Shown here piece by piece: positions 38,657-46,110 of a DNA stretch of 64,000 bases (position 1 is the first letter of the stretch; each line of letters starts with the position of its first letter). The stretch comes from Deltaproteobacteria bacterium SG8_13 (GTDB lineage Bacteria; Desulfobacterota; Desulfobacteria; Desulfobacterales; SG8-13). The stretch spans positions 1,516 through 65,515 of the forward strand of contig LJNK01000004.1 in the NCBI GenBank assembly GCA_001303025.1, read 5' to 3'. The notes below the pieces were generated by a model. The model saw nothing but the letters and a program-made list of their open reading frames with translations, made no database searches and was not told where the DNA came from. The translations under genes were made by a program, and so were the position numbers.

Positions 38657-39097
38657 ATGGAGGAGAGAAGAAAAGAGCAGCGATTGCGATACCAGGCGCC
38701 GGTGCTGATTCAACCGCAGCGGGGCAAGAGATGGTACAACGGCAGTATATTCAACTTCAGCCGCAGGGGGATGTACATCGAAACCGAATTCAACGGCCGG
38801 TCCGGCCAGAAGCTCTCGATCCTGGTGCAAAAACCTCCATACGGCAGCGGCCCGTATCTGCATCGCGCCCGCATCCGATGGGCCAAAGAACTGCCCGACG
38901 CGGTGGTGCTTTATCGCTACGGCTGCGGCGTGGACTACTACATGACCGTCGACTACTCTCTGGACTCTTCATCGCTGCCGATCCAACCCCGTTCGGGTGA
39001 AGACCGCCGCAGCGGCCGCGACCGCCGCAAAGCAGAGGAGTCCCGGCGGCGGGACGTTTTCACCGACGGCCGCGAATATACTGAGGAAAGAGGCTGA
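38657..39097 (+). CDS. PilZ-domain protein with C-terminal DRR-repeat tail
   Basis: RRKEQR (RxxxR) and NFSRRG (D/NxSxxG). Tail SGEDRRSGRDRRKAEESRRRD. Confidence 0.7.
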   Translation: MEERRKEQRLRYQAPVLIQPQRGKRWYNGSIFNFSRRGMYIETEFNGRSGQKLSILVQKPPYGSGPYLHRARIRWAKELPDAVVLYRYGCGVDYYMTVDYSLDSSSLPIQPRSGEDRRSGRDRRKAEESRRRDVFTDGREYTEERG

Positions 39098-39529
39098 CAG
39101 TAAAATTGAAAGATTCCAACATATCGATGAGTTCCTGCTAACCGCATCACCGTTGCTCGGCCCAAGCTCGCCCCGAGAAAACCATACCTCCACGTACTTT
39201 GGTTCGAGGGGCTTGTTTTCAAAATTTCCTTCTATTGACCCTTCTGCTATGTAACGGTCAACTCCCTGACGAGTGGATCAACACCGCTCAAGGCAGAGCG
39301 TAGACGGGCTTTTTATGAGTTCGATTGCGGATGTTCTGATGTTCTGGAGACGGGCGCTCACACCGAAGGCAGCGCTGTCGGTCTTGAAACAAATGTCCAA
39401 AAGCTGTGTAATAAACCCCACAATTGCTAGGAAAAATATGGGCATTCGCGGAAAATCCGTTACATTCGTATTGACATAAGCATCTAATACCCATAGAAAA
39501 AAATAAAACTTACCGTTTGTGCACGATTT

Positions 39530-39937
39530 TTGCTATACATGCTATACAATCGAGTCAGCGGCACCTGCGGGTGGCCCGCGCTGAATTCATCTCGAAGGTA
39601 CTACACGGTGGAAACGGGTTTGCAAAACAATCGCAGAACATACCGCAAGGCGTGCAGTTTGGCGGTCGATTACTCTCTGGGGGGGCGATTTTTCAGCGGA
39701 TGGGCGAAAGATATCAGCTCGGAGGGGGTGTTCATCGAAAACCGTCATCCCGGGACAGTCGGCGATCCGGTCCATCTGACCTTGACCTCGCCGGAATTGC
39801 CTAAACCGCTCAAACTGGATGGCGCCATCGTACGCATCACAACGGATGGATTCGGCGTGCGCTTCAACAAGCATCATGCCACTCGAAACGAGATGCTTCA
39901 GGCTCTGGTGGATCGCATTAAAGGAGGCTGGTTGTAA
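39530..39937 (+). CDS. PilZ-domain protein (start uncertain; GTG 39608 possible)
   Basis: RRTYR and DISSEG motifs. C-terminal GFGVRFN is typical of PilZ. Confidence 0.65.
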   Translation: MLYMLYNRVSGTCGWPALNSSRRYYTVETGLQNNRRTYRKACSLAVDYSLGGRFFSGWAKDISSEGVFIENRHPGTVGDPVHLTLTSPELPKPLKLDGAIVRITTDGFGVRFNKHHATRNEMLQALVDRIKGGWL

Positions 39938-39995
39938 AGCGTCTCCCAACAACCCATTGGCGGTAACGGTAGCAACCGCAGACATAAAAGGAAAA

Positions 39996-40029
39996 GGCAG
40001 GGATTTCGGCAGCATCCCTGCCTTTTCTT
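39996..40029 (+). terminator. rho-independent terminator
   Basis: GGCAGGGAT-N9-ATCCCTGCC (9-bp stem) followed by TTTTCTT, 59 nt after the PilZ stop codon. Confidence 0.7.
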
Positions 40030-40108
40030 ATGCTCTTTGCCTGCCGTGGCGAAGCGCGGAAGTGAAAAAGGGTTGACATCCCACAATGTGGTATGCTAGA
40101 CAGGATCC

Positions 40109-40186
40109 GTTCAGTTAGTCCTATGTGCCTAACTAAACCTCCTTTCATCAGGGCAGGCCGTATCCCCAGCGGCCTGCCCTTTTTTT
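40109..40186 (+). ncRNA. candidate sRNA A: hairpin, single-stranded CCUCCUUUCA, terminator
   Basis: Upstream TTGACA (40073-40078), then an 18-nt spacer, then TGc-TAGACA. Hairpin AGUUAG-N10-CUAACU (40113-40134). CCUCCUUUCA at 40138-40147. Terminator GGGCAGGCCG-N9-CGGCCUGCCC plus U7 (40151-40186). Confidence 0.35.
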
Positions 40187-40230
40187 CATGCGACGGAAGC
40201 CAGTGGCCAGAGATGACGGAAAGCAGGATG

Positions 40231-40261
40231 CACAAAGGGGGCGGCCGTTTCGGCCGCCCCC
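40231..40261 (-). terminator. probable terminator of the small-ORF transcript
   Basis: 11-bp GC stem GGGGGCGGCCG / CGGCCGCCCCC with a 3-nt loop, followed on the minus strand by UUUGUG. Confidence 0.45.
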
Positions 40262-40336
40262 TTCGGCAAGGGGACCAATCATACAGTGGAGGAAAACGTC
40301 ACGGCCTGTCTTCTGACGGCCGGTGGCAGAAGCACA

Positions 40337-40486
40337 TCAGTATTCGCTAACACCCATTCGGTATTCTTCGGGCTTGGCATCGCTGTTTTTTCTCATCAAC
40401 CAGAGGCGTTCATAGGCCAGAATCCCGAAAATCACAGCCAGAACGCTGCAGGTCAGCAACAAGGCAAAGGCGACGGGATCAGACAT
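40337..40486 (-). CDS. 49-aa single-TM small protein (below the ORF-track cutoff)
   Basis: My own translation: MSDPVAFALLLTCSVLAVIFGILAYERLWLMRKNSDAKPEEYRMGVSEY. One TM helix plus a charged tail. Weak RBS GGAAGUG. Has its own downstream hairpin. Confidence 0.4.
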   Translation of the reverse strand: MSDPVAFALLLTCSVLAVIFGILAYERLWLMRKNSDAKPEEYRMGVSEY

Positions 40487-40516
40487 CGGTTCACTTCCAT
40501 TCCGGTAAGAAGGTTT

Positions 40517-40629
40517 GGGCGGCCTCGAGCCGAGAGCCGCCCCGATGCGAAAGAAAACCTCTCAGTGTGCTCCGGCACACTACCGATGATGGTAGCAATC
40601 TCCGTGCCACCACATCGCTGTTTTTTTTT
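40517..40629 (+). ncRNA. three consecutive stable hairpins ending in U9: candidate plus-strand sRNA D antisense to the small-ORF leader, or the structured leader itself
   Basis: Hairpin 40517-40542 (GGGCGGC...GCCGCCC with an inner CUCG/CGAG). Linker CGAUGCGAAAGAAAACCUCUC. Hairpin AGUGUGC-UCCG-GCACACU (40564-40581). Hairpin CGAUG(A)UGGU...ACCACAUCG (40584-40617), then CUG and U9. I found no convincing promoter. Confidence 0.3.
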
Positions 40630-40918
40630 ACATGCGAAATCAAAAAGTTAGCAGCATTTCGTCATATTTCTGCAGAAATCGTTCATCGGGTTTGGGAAAA
40701 CCATTGCCGGTAATTGTGTAGTTGACTGCCCAGGAAGGCCGAACGGAATCCGACCCGCGCACGGTTGAAAGCGATCCGGTTGACAGCCGTGCAGGGCAGC
40801 AGCTAAAATAGGAAACGTCACAGGTAAAATGTTACTGGCCCGCTGGTGGGAACAAGCTGCAGCCCTGGGAACCTGTGCGCCTGCAACGTTTTTTACATTC
40901 AAATAAGGACACGTAAAA

Positions 40919-42010
40919 ATGAAAATCGCTGTTCTGGGCGCCGGCAAGGTCGGCACCACCATCGCCATTATGCTGCAGTCCTGCGATTTCTGCACCGAAA
41001 TCCTTCTCAGTGATGCCGCCGAGGGGCCGGCGCTGAAAAACAAAGACAAGATCGACTTTCGCAGCGTTGATTTTAATAACAAGGAAGAGGTCACCCGGCT
41101 CATCAGCGGTCAAGAAGCCGTGGTAAGTGCCGCCCCCTTTTATCTGAACCGGTTGATTGCCGAATGCTGCGCGGAAGCAGGCACGGCATATTTCGATCTG
41201 ACCGAAGACATTGCCACCACCACCCACATTCGCAATATGGCGCAGCAACATCCGGCGGTCTTCATGCCCCAATGCGGGCTGGCCCCCGGGGCAATCAATA
41301 TTATCGCCGGCAGCTATGCCCGCATGTTCAGCCACGTCCGCAGCCTGGAGTTGCGCGTGGGTGCCCTGCCGCTGTATGCAAGCAATTCCATGAAATACTA
41401 TCTCAGCTGGAGCACGGCTGGCTTGATCAACGAGTACTGCCAGCTGGCCGAAGCGCTCTACGAAGGACGTCGGATTCAAACCATTCCGCTGGAAGGTCTG
41501 GAAAGGTTGACCATCGACGGAACCGAATATGAAGCCTTCAACACCTCCGGTGGTGTGGCGACCATGTGCGAAACGTTCGAAGGTAAGATCGGGGATTTGA
41601 ATTACAAGACCATTCGCTATCCCGGGCATCGCGATTTGATGGTATTTCTGCTGCAGGATTTGAACCTGAGCCGCAATCGATCGGTTCTGACACAGATTCT
41701 TGACCAGGAAGTCCCACTCACCGACCAGGACGTTGTCATCCTCTACGTAAATGTAGTGGGCAGCGACCAAGACCAGATCATGCAGCGCAGTTTTGTCAAA
41801 AAGATTTACGGCCAGATGATCGACAATACCCATGTATCGGCAATCCAGCTGTCAACGGCCGCCGGGTTAGTGGCCATTCTCGAAATTTTCGCCGATGGCG
41901 GCCTCCAGCCAGGCTTTGTCAGGCAGGAGGACATCTCCCTGGACGCCTTCTTTGCCACCCGTTGGGGAGGGCGAGTGTATGATCCCGATTATGATCCGTC
42001 TGCCCAATAA
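40919..42010 (+). CDS. saccharopine dehydrogenase family NAD(P)-binding protein
   Basis: Rossmann N-terminus MKIAVLGAGKVGTTIA and a Sacchrp_dh-like C-terminal domain. Substrate not assignable. Confidence 0.75.
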   Translation: MKIAVLGAGKVGTTIAIMLQSCDFCTEILLSDAAEGPALKNKDKIDFRSVDFNNKEEVTRLISGQEAVVSAAPFYLNRLIAECCAEAGTAYFDLTEDIATTTHIRNMAQQHPAVFMPQCGLAPGAINIIAGSYARMFSHVRSLELRVGALPLYASNSMKYYLSWSTAGLINEYCQLAEALYEGRRIQTIPLEGLERLTIDGTEYEAFNTSGGVATMCETFEGKIGDLNYKTIRYPGHRDLMVFLLQDLNLSRNRSVLTQILDQEVPLTDQDVVILYVNVVGSDQDQIMQRSFVKKIYGQMIDNTHVSAIQLSTAAGLVAILEIFADGGLQPGFVRQEDISLDAFFATRWGGRVYDPDYDPSAQ

Positions 42011-42191
42011 TCCCGGATTATTGAAAACCCCGCCTTTGGGCAGGCCGCGACCCCACCGTTGTACCTGTTTGTCCCCTTGCTGTCCCTCGAAATCGATTCT
42101 CCGCACTGCATCCGTATTACAGTGCAGTTCGCCACCGCATCATCATATCTCTCATGATTACAGCTGGTTATAGAATTTTCTCAAATAACAG

Positions 42192-42219
42192 TTGACAAGC
42201 TTTCCGGGAGTGATATGAT
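42192..42219 (+). promoter_or_regulatory. strong sigma70-type promoter (TTGACA, 16-nt spacer, TGa-TATGAT)
   Basis: Perfect -35 hexamer, extended -10 TG, and a 5/6 match at the -10 hexamer. Confidence 0.55.
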
Positions 42220-42225
42220 ATTTCC

Positions 42226-42363
42226 CACGTTTGATAGTGCCCCCGCCAGGGAGCATAGCTGGAGAGGGTTTGATTTGACAAGCAGCTTGCATTCCCTCTA
42301 GAATAAAAAATCGCTAAAGCGCTCTTTAGAACCCTGCCGCCGCCTGCGGCCGGGTTTTTTTTT
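42226..42363 (+). ncRNA. candidate sRNA C (~138 nt) bounded by a strong promoter and a strong terminator
   Basis: Internal stem AGAGGG...CCCUCU. Terminator CCC(U)GCCGC-CGCCU-GCGGC(C)GGG plus U9 (42332-42363). No credible ORF, and the next gene starts 410 nt downstream. Confidence 0.45.
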
Positions 42364-42774
42364 GCTGCCGAACATCTTGCTGTGGTTCCCGCAGGACCGT
42401 TTCGGCAGGCCGGGCGTCCATCACGCGCTGCTTTTGGCCCGACCGGCACCCTACAGCCGTTCGCTGATCCAACCCCTTCTGAAAAACCAACATTCCCGCG
42501 AATGGGCAATTAATTGCCCAGTAATGTGAAGCCGGATTCTCAAAAGTATGAAAATCCTCCTCCGGATCTCCAGCTATCACCACGACCTGCCGGGCCACTG
42601 CAACAGCCATCTCTGCAACCAACGAACGCACGTCCCTGCTCAGAAAATCCGCTCCGCAATGGTGCCGGAAACCAGGCATACAATTTGCTACTTCCAGCAT
42701 GCACCGTACCAGGTGCGTGTTCGCCAACTAGTTGCATACCCAACCCATTTAATCCGATCAGCCGAGAGGTTCAC

Positions 42775-43146
42775 ATGCATCCACGCCTGGAAAAAGGAGA
42801 CCATGCCCGGAGCACCCGCCAGACCCCGATTATCATTGAAAACGAAAAGAGCGGCCGAGTGTTTCGCGGGATGATTTTTAAGTACAGTCGACAAGGCCTC
42901 TATTTTGAATCGGATTATCCCCTTCAAACAGGAGCTGTCATCAAATTACGTTCGACCTATTTGAGGGCATCTTCCAGCGGTTTTTTTCTGGCTGAAGTGA
43001 AAACTTGCGAAAAGATCAACGATCCGCTCGTGTTGTTGCAATACGGTATCAGCGCCCGTTTCTGCGATGATGCAGACTATAAAAAATTCGTACGCCGGGG
43101 GCTCCGTGTGATCCAGGGCGGGAAAAAGTATGTTGACTTTCGCTGA
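42775..43146 (+). CDS. degenerate PilZ-like protein
   Basis: Similar to the other PilZ proteins across GMIFKYSRQGLYFESDYPLQTGAVIKL, but with KYSRQG in place of D/NxSxxG and no clean RxxxR. Start MHPRLEKG follows GAGAGG. Confidence 0.5.
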   Translation: MHPRLEKGDHARSTRQTPIIIENEKSGRVFRGMIFKYSRQGLYFESDYPLQTGAVIKLRSTYLRASSSGFFLAEVKTCEKINDPLVLLQYGISARFCDDADYKKFVRRGLRVIQGGKKYVDFR

Positions 43147-43282
43147 CGTTTGGTATTCTCAATACGGTAATCTCAGCTTCCGACCCTTATCGCGATTTCA
43201 GTCCGATGGGCTCACAAGCACGGGGAGACATCCCGCAACGATCATCTGCCCGGGATAGCGAACATTTTCCAGGGAGGAATGT

Positions 43283-43645
43283 ATGCCGAAAAAAGCCGAA
43301 ACCTACACCACCTGGCTCGGAGACGAGCTGCGCATGGCTTTGAAACCGCTGAAATCGTTTGTGGCGATTGTCGAACAATTCGACGGCGAGAACGTTGACC
43401 CGGCCCTGGTGAAAAAAGTGGGAACCGTGCTGCTTACCCTGTATGACAAAACGGAAAGCCGGATGGAGGAGATCCTGTCATTCACAGAGAGAAGACTGGG
43501 ACATATCCGCCTGATTGCTGCGCGGCCGTCTTACCCCGATTACCGGGGCGGAGAGTTGTTAAGTGCCGAATTGATCGCGGAATACGAAGATGAGGAGGCG
43601 GAGGATCTGCCCCAAATCCTTGATTTTAAAGACAGTGAATTCTGA
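43283..43645 (+). CDS. hypothetical protein with acidic C-terminus
   Basis: Good RBS GGGAGGA. No motif recognised. Confidence 0.5.
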   Translation: MPKKAETYTTWLGDELRMALKPLKSFVAIVEQFDGENVDPALVKKVGTVLLTLYDKTESRMEEILSFTERRLGHIRLIAARPSYPDYRGGELLSAELIAEYEDEEAEDLPQILDFKDSEF

Positions 43646-43772
43646 TGTGCCCGTTCCGGGCACCTGATATCCCCATAAACCCTCCCAGACCGTCTACTGC
43701 CCGTCCAGACAACCGACCGACCTGCTTCTGCCGGTCTCTTGGCATACGGCCCCTCTGCCGGAGCGCCAATCC

Positions 43773-44435
43773 CTAGCTTTTGGGACGTCTTTTTTGTTTG
43801 ACCAGTCCGGTGAACTTGACGCCGACCCCTTTGGGAGTCAATCGGACAACCTTGCCCCTGATCATGACATTCTTGTCAAATTTCGTGTGCGGAATCACGA
43901 GGTGAATTTCGCGGCCCAGCGAGATTGAATCAGAAGTTTGAATGAACAGCCCTCCCCGGCTGATGTCTCTGATCAATCCCTGGTAATACCGATTGTGGGC
44001 AGAAAAGTAGACCGGCTTGGAGAAAGACCTTCGTGGGTGTTTTCGCAGTTCCATTTCCGATTCCTTTACTTTCTGCAGGTGGTTATCTTCATCTTGCTCG
44101 GTCACGATGATGTCCGTTGCCGAGCATTCCACCGAATCGCGATGCTCTACACCGTAACCATACCGATAAGGAGAATTGTACAGCTCTTTAAGCCACTTTA
44201 CCTGTACCCGGTGACACTCATAGGTGTTGGATTCAGAGGCGTAGGGAGATCCTGAAATGCCGATGAAGATTTCCTTGCCAGGAGAAATGAAAGTGTCCGA
44301 TTCGAAGTAGAAGCCGCCCCTGCTGTAATTGAACATGGTCGCCACCATGGATGTGCCGGGATCGAGGCTTTCCAGTGCAATGCTGGATTTGTGCTCGGCT
44401 CGTCTGTTTTTTCTACGCTCGCTGATAACCGTCAC
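43773..44435 (-). CDS. tandem PilZ-domain protein
   Basis: Domain 1 has RRKNRR and NYSRGG. Domain 2 has RKHPRR and DISRGG, ending GVGVKFTG. Confidence 0.7.
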   Translation of the reverse strand: MTVISERRKNRRAEHKSSIALESLDPGTSMVATMFNYSRGGFYFESDTFISPGKEIFIGISGSPYASESNTYECHRVQVKWLKELYNSPYRYGYGVEHRDSVECSATDIIVTEQDEDNHLQKVKESEMELRKHPRRSFSKPVYFSAHNRYYQGLIRDISRGGLFIQTSDSISLGREIHLVIPHTKFDKNVMIRGKVVRLTPKGVGVKFTGLVKQKRRPKS

Positions 44436-44702
44436 GGCAGGCCTCGGTAATCACTGAATGAATCCGACACATGAAGCTTGGGCCGGCAAGTGCCGGGCAG
44501 TCGCTGGTCTACGACAACATTATTATAACCGCAGAATTCAATTTTTTCAACAATATCTCCAGCTTGCTGTCTCTTGTTCAACCAGAAACGACCGGTCGAC
44601 CGCTGCCGACCGACAACCCCTTGCTTGTCCAAAGCCCTGTTTGCAGCCAGCCCCGCTCGCCCGGATACCGAAGCGCATCCGTCAATTTGCGCTGTGCAGG
44701 AT

Positions 44703-44732
44703 TTGACCCTTCCACCGCGTACTTGATATAAT
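44703..44732 (+). promoter_or_regulatory. sigma70-type promoter (TTGACC, 18-nt spacer, TATAAT)
   Basis: Perfect -10 hexamer at 44727-44732, 57 nt upstream of the small ORF. Confidence 0.5.
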
Positions 44733-44789
44733 GGGAATCAGCAGAACGGCTTTATTATCCAACAACTTCATAAACAGCGGGGAAACCTT

Positions 44790-44990
44790 ATGCGGGGAGC
44801 ATTAATGATCGTGGTCGTCATCACACTGCTGATCGTCGGTGTGCTGGTGATGAAGAATATGGGAGCAGGACCGACCGGTAGCATGACCCCGAGTCAGGCA
44901 AAGCAAACGATTGATCGGGCGCAGGGTGCGGCCGAAAAGGCCGCTGGGAAAATGGGATTGACCCAACAACAGCTCGACAGAAGCGAATGA
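44790..44990 (+). CDS. 66-aa single-TM small protein
   Basis: N-terminal TM helix LMIVVVITLLIVGVLVM and a hydrophilic tail. Own promoter. Confidence 0.45.
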   Translation: MRGALMIVVVITLLIVGVLVMKNMGAGPTGSMTPSQAKQTIDRAQGAAEKAAGKMGLTQQQLDRSE

Positions 44991-45122
44991 TCGGAGTGAA
45001 TGCGGCGGTTTATATCGACATCGCGCTGCAGTAGTTGACCCGCACCCCCGACCAAAAGGCAGCCGCGGCGCATTCAGCAGGACCGCAGCTGCGAAGATCT
45101 TTCCGGTTCATGTCGAATCGAT

Positions 45123-45542
45123 TCATGGAAACTCCGGTATACGGGTTGTCAGATACCACTGCCGGTCCCCGGAGTCGAATACCCATGTCTGCGCATCGCG
45201 CAGTGTCTTCAAAATCATCTTGTCCCGGTGAAAATAAGTGATTTCGGCTTCCTGGTCGATACGCAAACCATCGTCGGACACCTTCATATCCTTGATGTCG
45301 TACTGGGCCACTTTGATGTTTTTCAATTTCTCAAAGTTCGGCTTTTCTTTCTCGGCGAGCGCCGGTTGACGATAGAGATTGGCGGCCTCGAAATGGCCCC
45401 AGAGAAGCGCCTCCCCATAACTCCTGGATGTGTCAGCAAACTTGCCCATCTTTACTTTGTCTGTGATGGACGCACACCCGACGACCAGAAACATGGCAAC
45501 CAGCACCTGACATACCAGACTATGAGGATTTTCTGTTCTCAT
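45123..45542 (-). CDS. hypothetical lipoprotein
   Basis: Lipobox LVVGCAS. No domain recognised. Confidence 0.55.
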   Translation of the reverse strand: MRTENPHSLVCQVLVAMFLVVGCASITDKVKMGKFADTSRSYGEALLWGHFEAANLYRQPALAEKEKPNFEKLKNIKVAQYDIKDMKVSDDGLRIDQEAEITYFHRDKMILKTLRDAQTWVFDSGDRQWYLTTRIPEFP

Positions 45543-45619
45543 TGCGTCTTTCCATACTCAATCGATTATCGAATTCCAGGCACCCGGTTGGAGATTTCGG
45601 CATCCCCTGCAACAACGGG

Positions 45620-45889
45620 TCAGATCGAAAGTGTCCGAAATGCTTTGCGACGGTCAAATCGTCCGCGAAGGGTACAATCGAGAATGCCCCTGCGGTCAAA
45701 ACCGCTTCTCCGGTCTTCCCGGATTCTTCTTTCGGGGATACGACCTGCGGGCGTCACCCTGCGCCTGTCTGCACCCCGGCGCCGCCCCCCCATGTCCTTC
45801 AATGCCAGCAAACCGTCCAACGGGATCATCTTCATCGGAATCCGGTCTTTTTCTTCTGCAGCGGAATTTGACCAGGCTACCGCTGGCAA
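45620..45889 (-). CDS. small Arg-rich DRR-repeat protein (uncertain gene; start possibly 45835)
   Basis: Contains GADRRR, REDRRSGFDRR and FDRRK. Same motif as the tail of the PilZ protein at 38657. Confidence 0.3.
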   Translation of the reverse strand: MPAVAWSNSAAEEKDRIPMKMIPLDGLLALKDMGGRRRGADRRRVTPAGRIPERRIREDRRSGFDRRGILDCTLRGRFDRRKAFRTLSI

Positions 45890-46110
45890 GCATCAACGGC
45901 TTATATAGTGTAAATTGAATCGTTGCACAAGGCTTAGGTTGCGGCTGTCGATGGATCGGCTGGCAGGCTTTTCATTGTTCTTCCAATTCGCGGGAGGTCG
46001 TGTTACATTGGCAAAATGGCCGTTCGACTGGCCGGCGGCCGTTTGCCTGACGGTCAACAAACCCTGTGATGGAGATAACGTGGGGTCACCGTTGCCCCTG
46101 GAGTACTTCG

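Noticed and set aside
39273-39494. 68-aa ORFs on both strands in the PilZ1-PilZ2 spacer
   Set aside because: They are mutually overlapping, without RBS, motif or signal sequence. The region is treated as intergenic.
40093-40651. Plus-strand ORFs 40093..40350 and 40286..40651
   Set aside because: Both read through strong intrinsic-terminator hairpins and have Arg/Gly/Ser-rich non-protein-like composition.
42326-42727. 133-aa minus-strand ORF
   Set aside because: It has no recognisable motif. Its 3' end runs through the plus-strand U9 terminator, and there is no convincing RBS. It cannot be fully excluded, and conservation analysis would decide.
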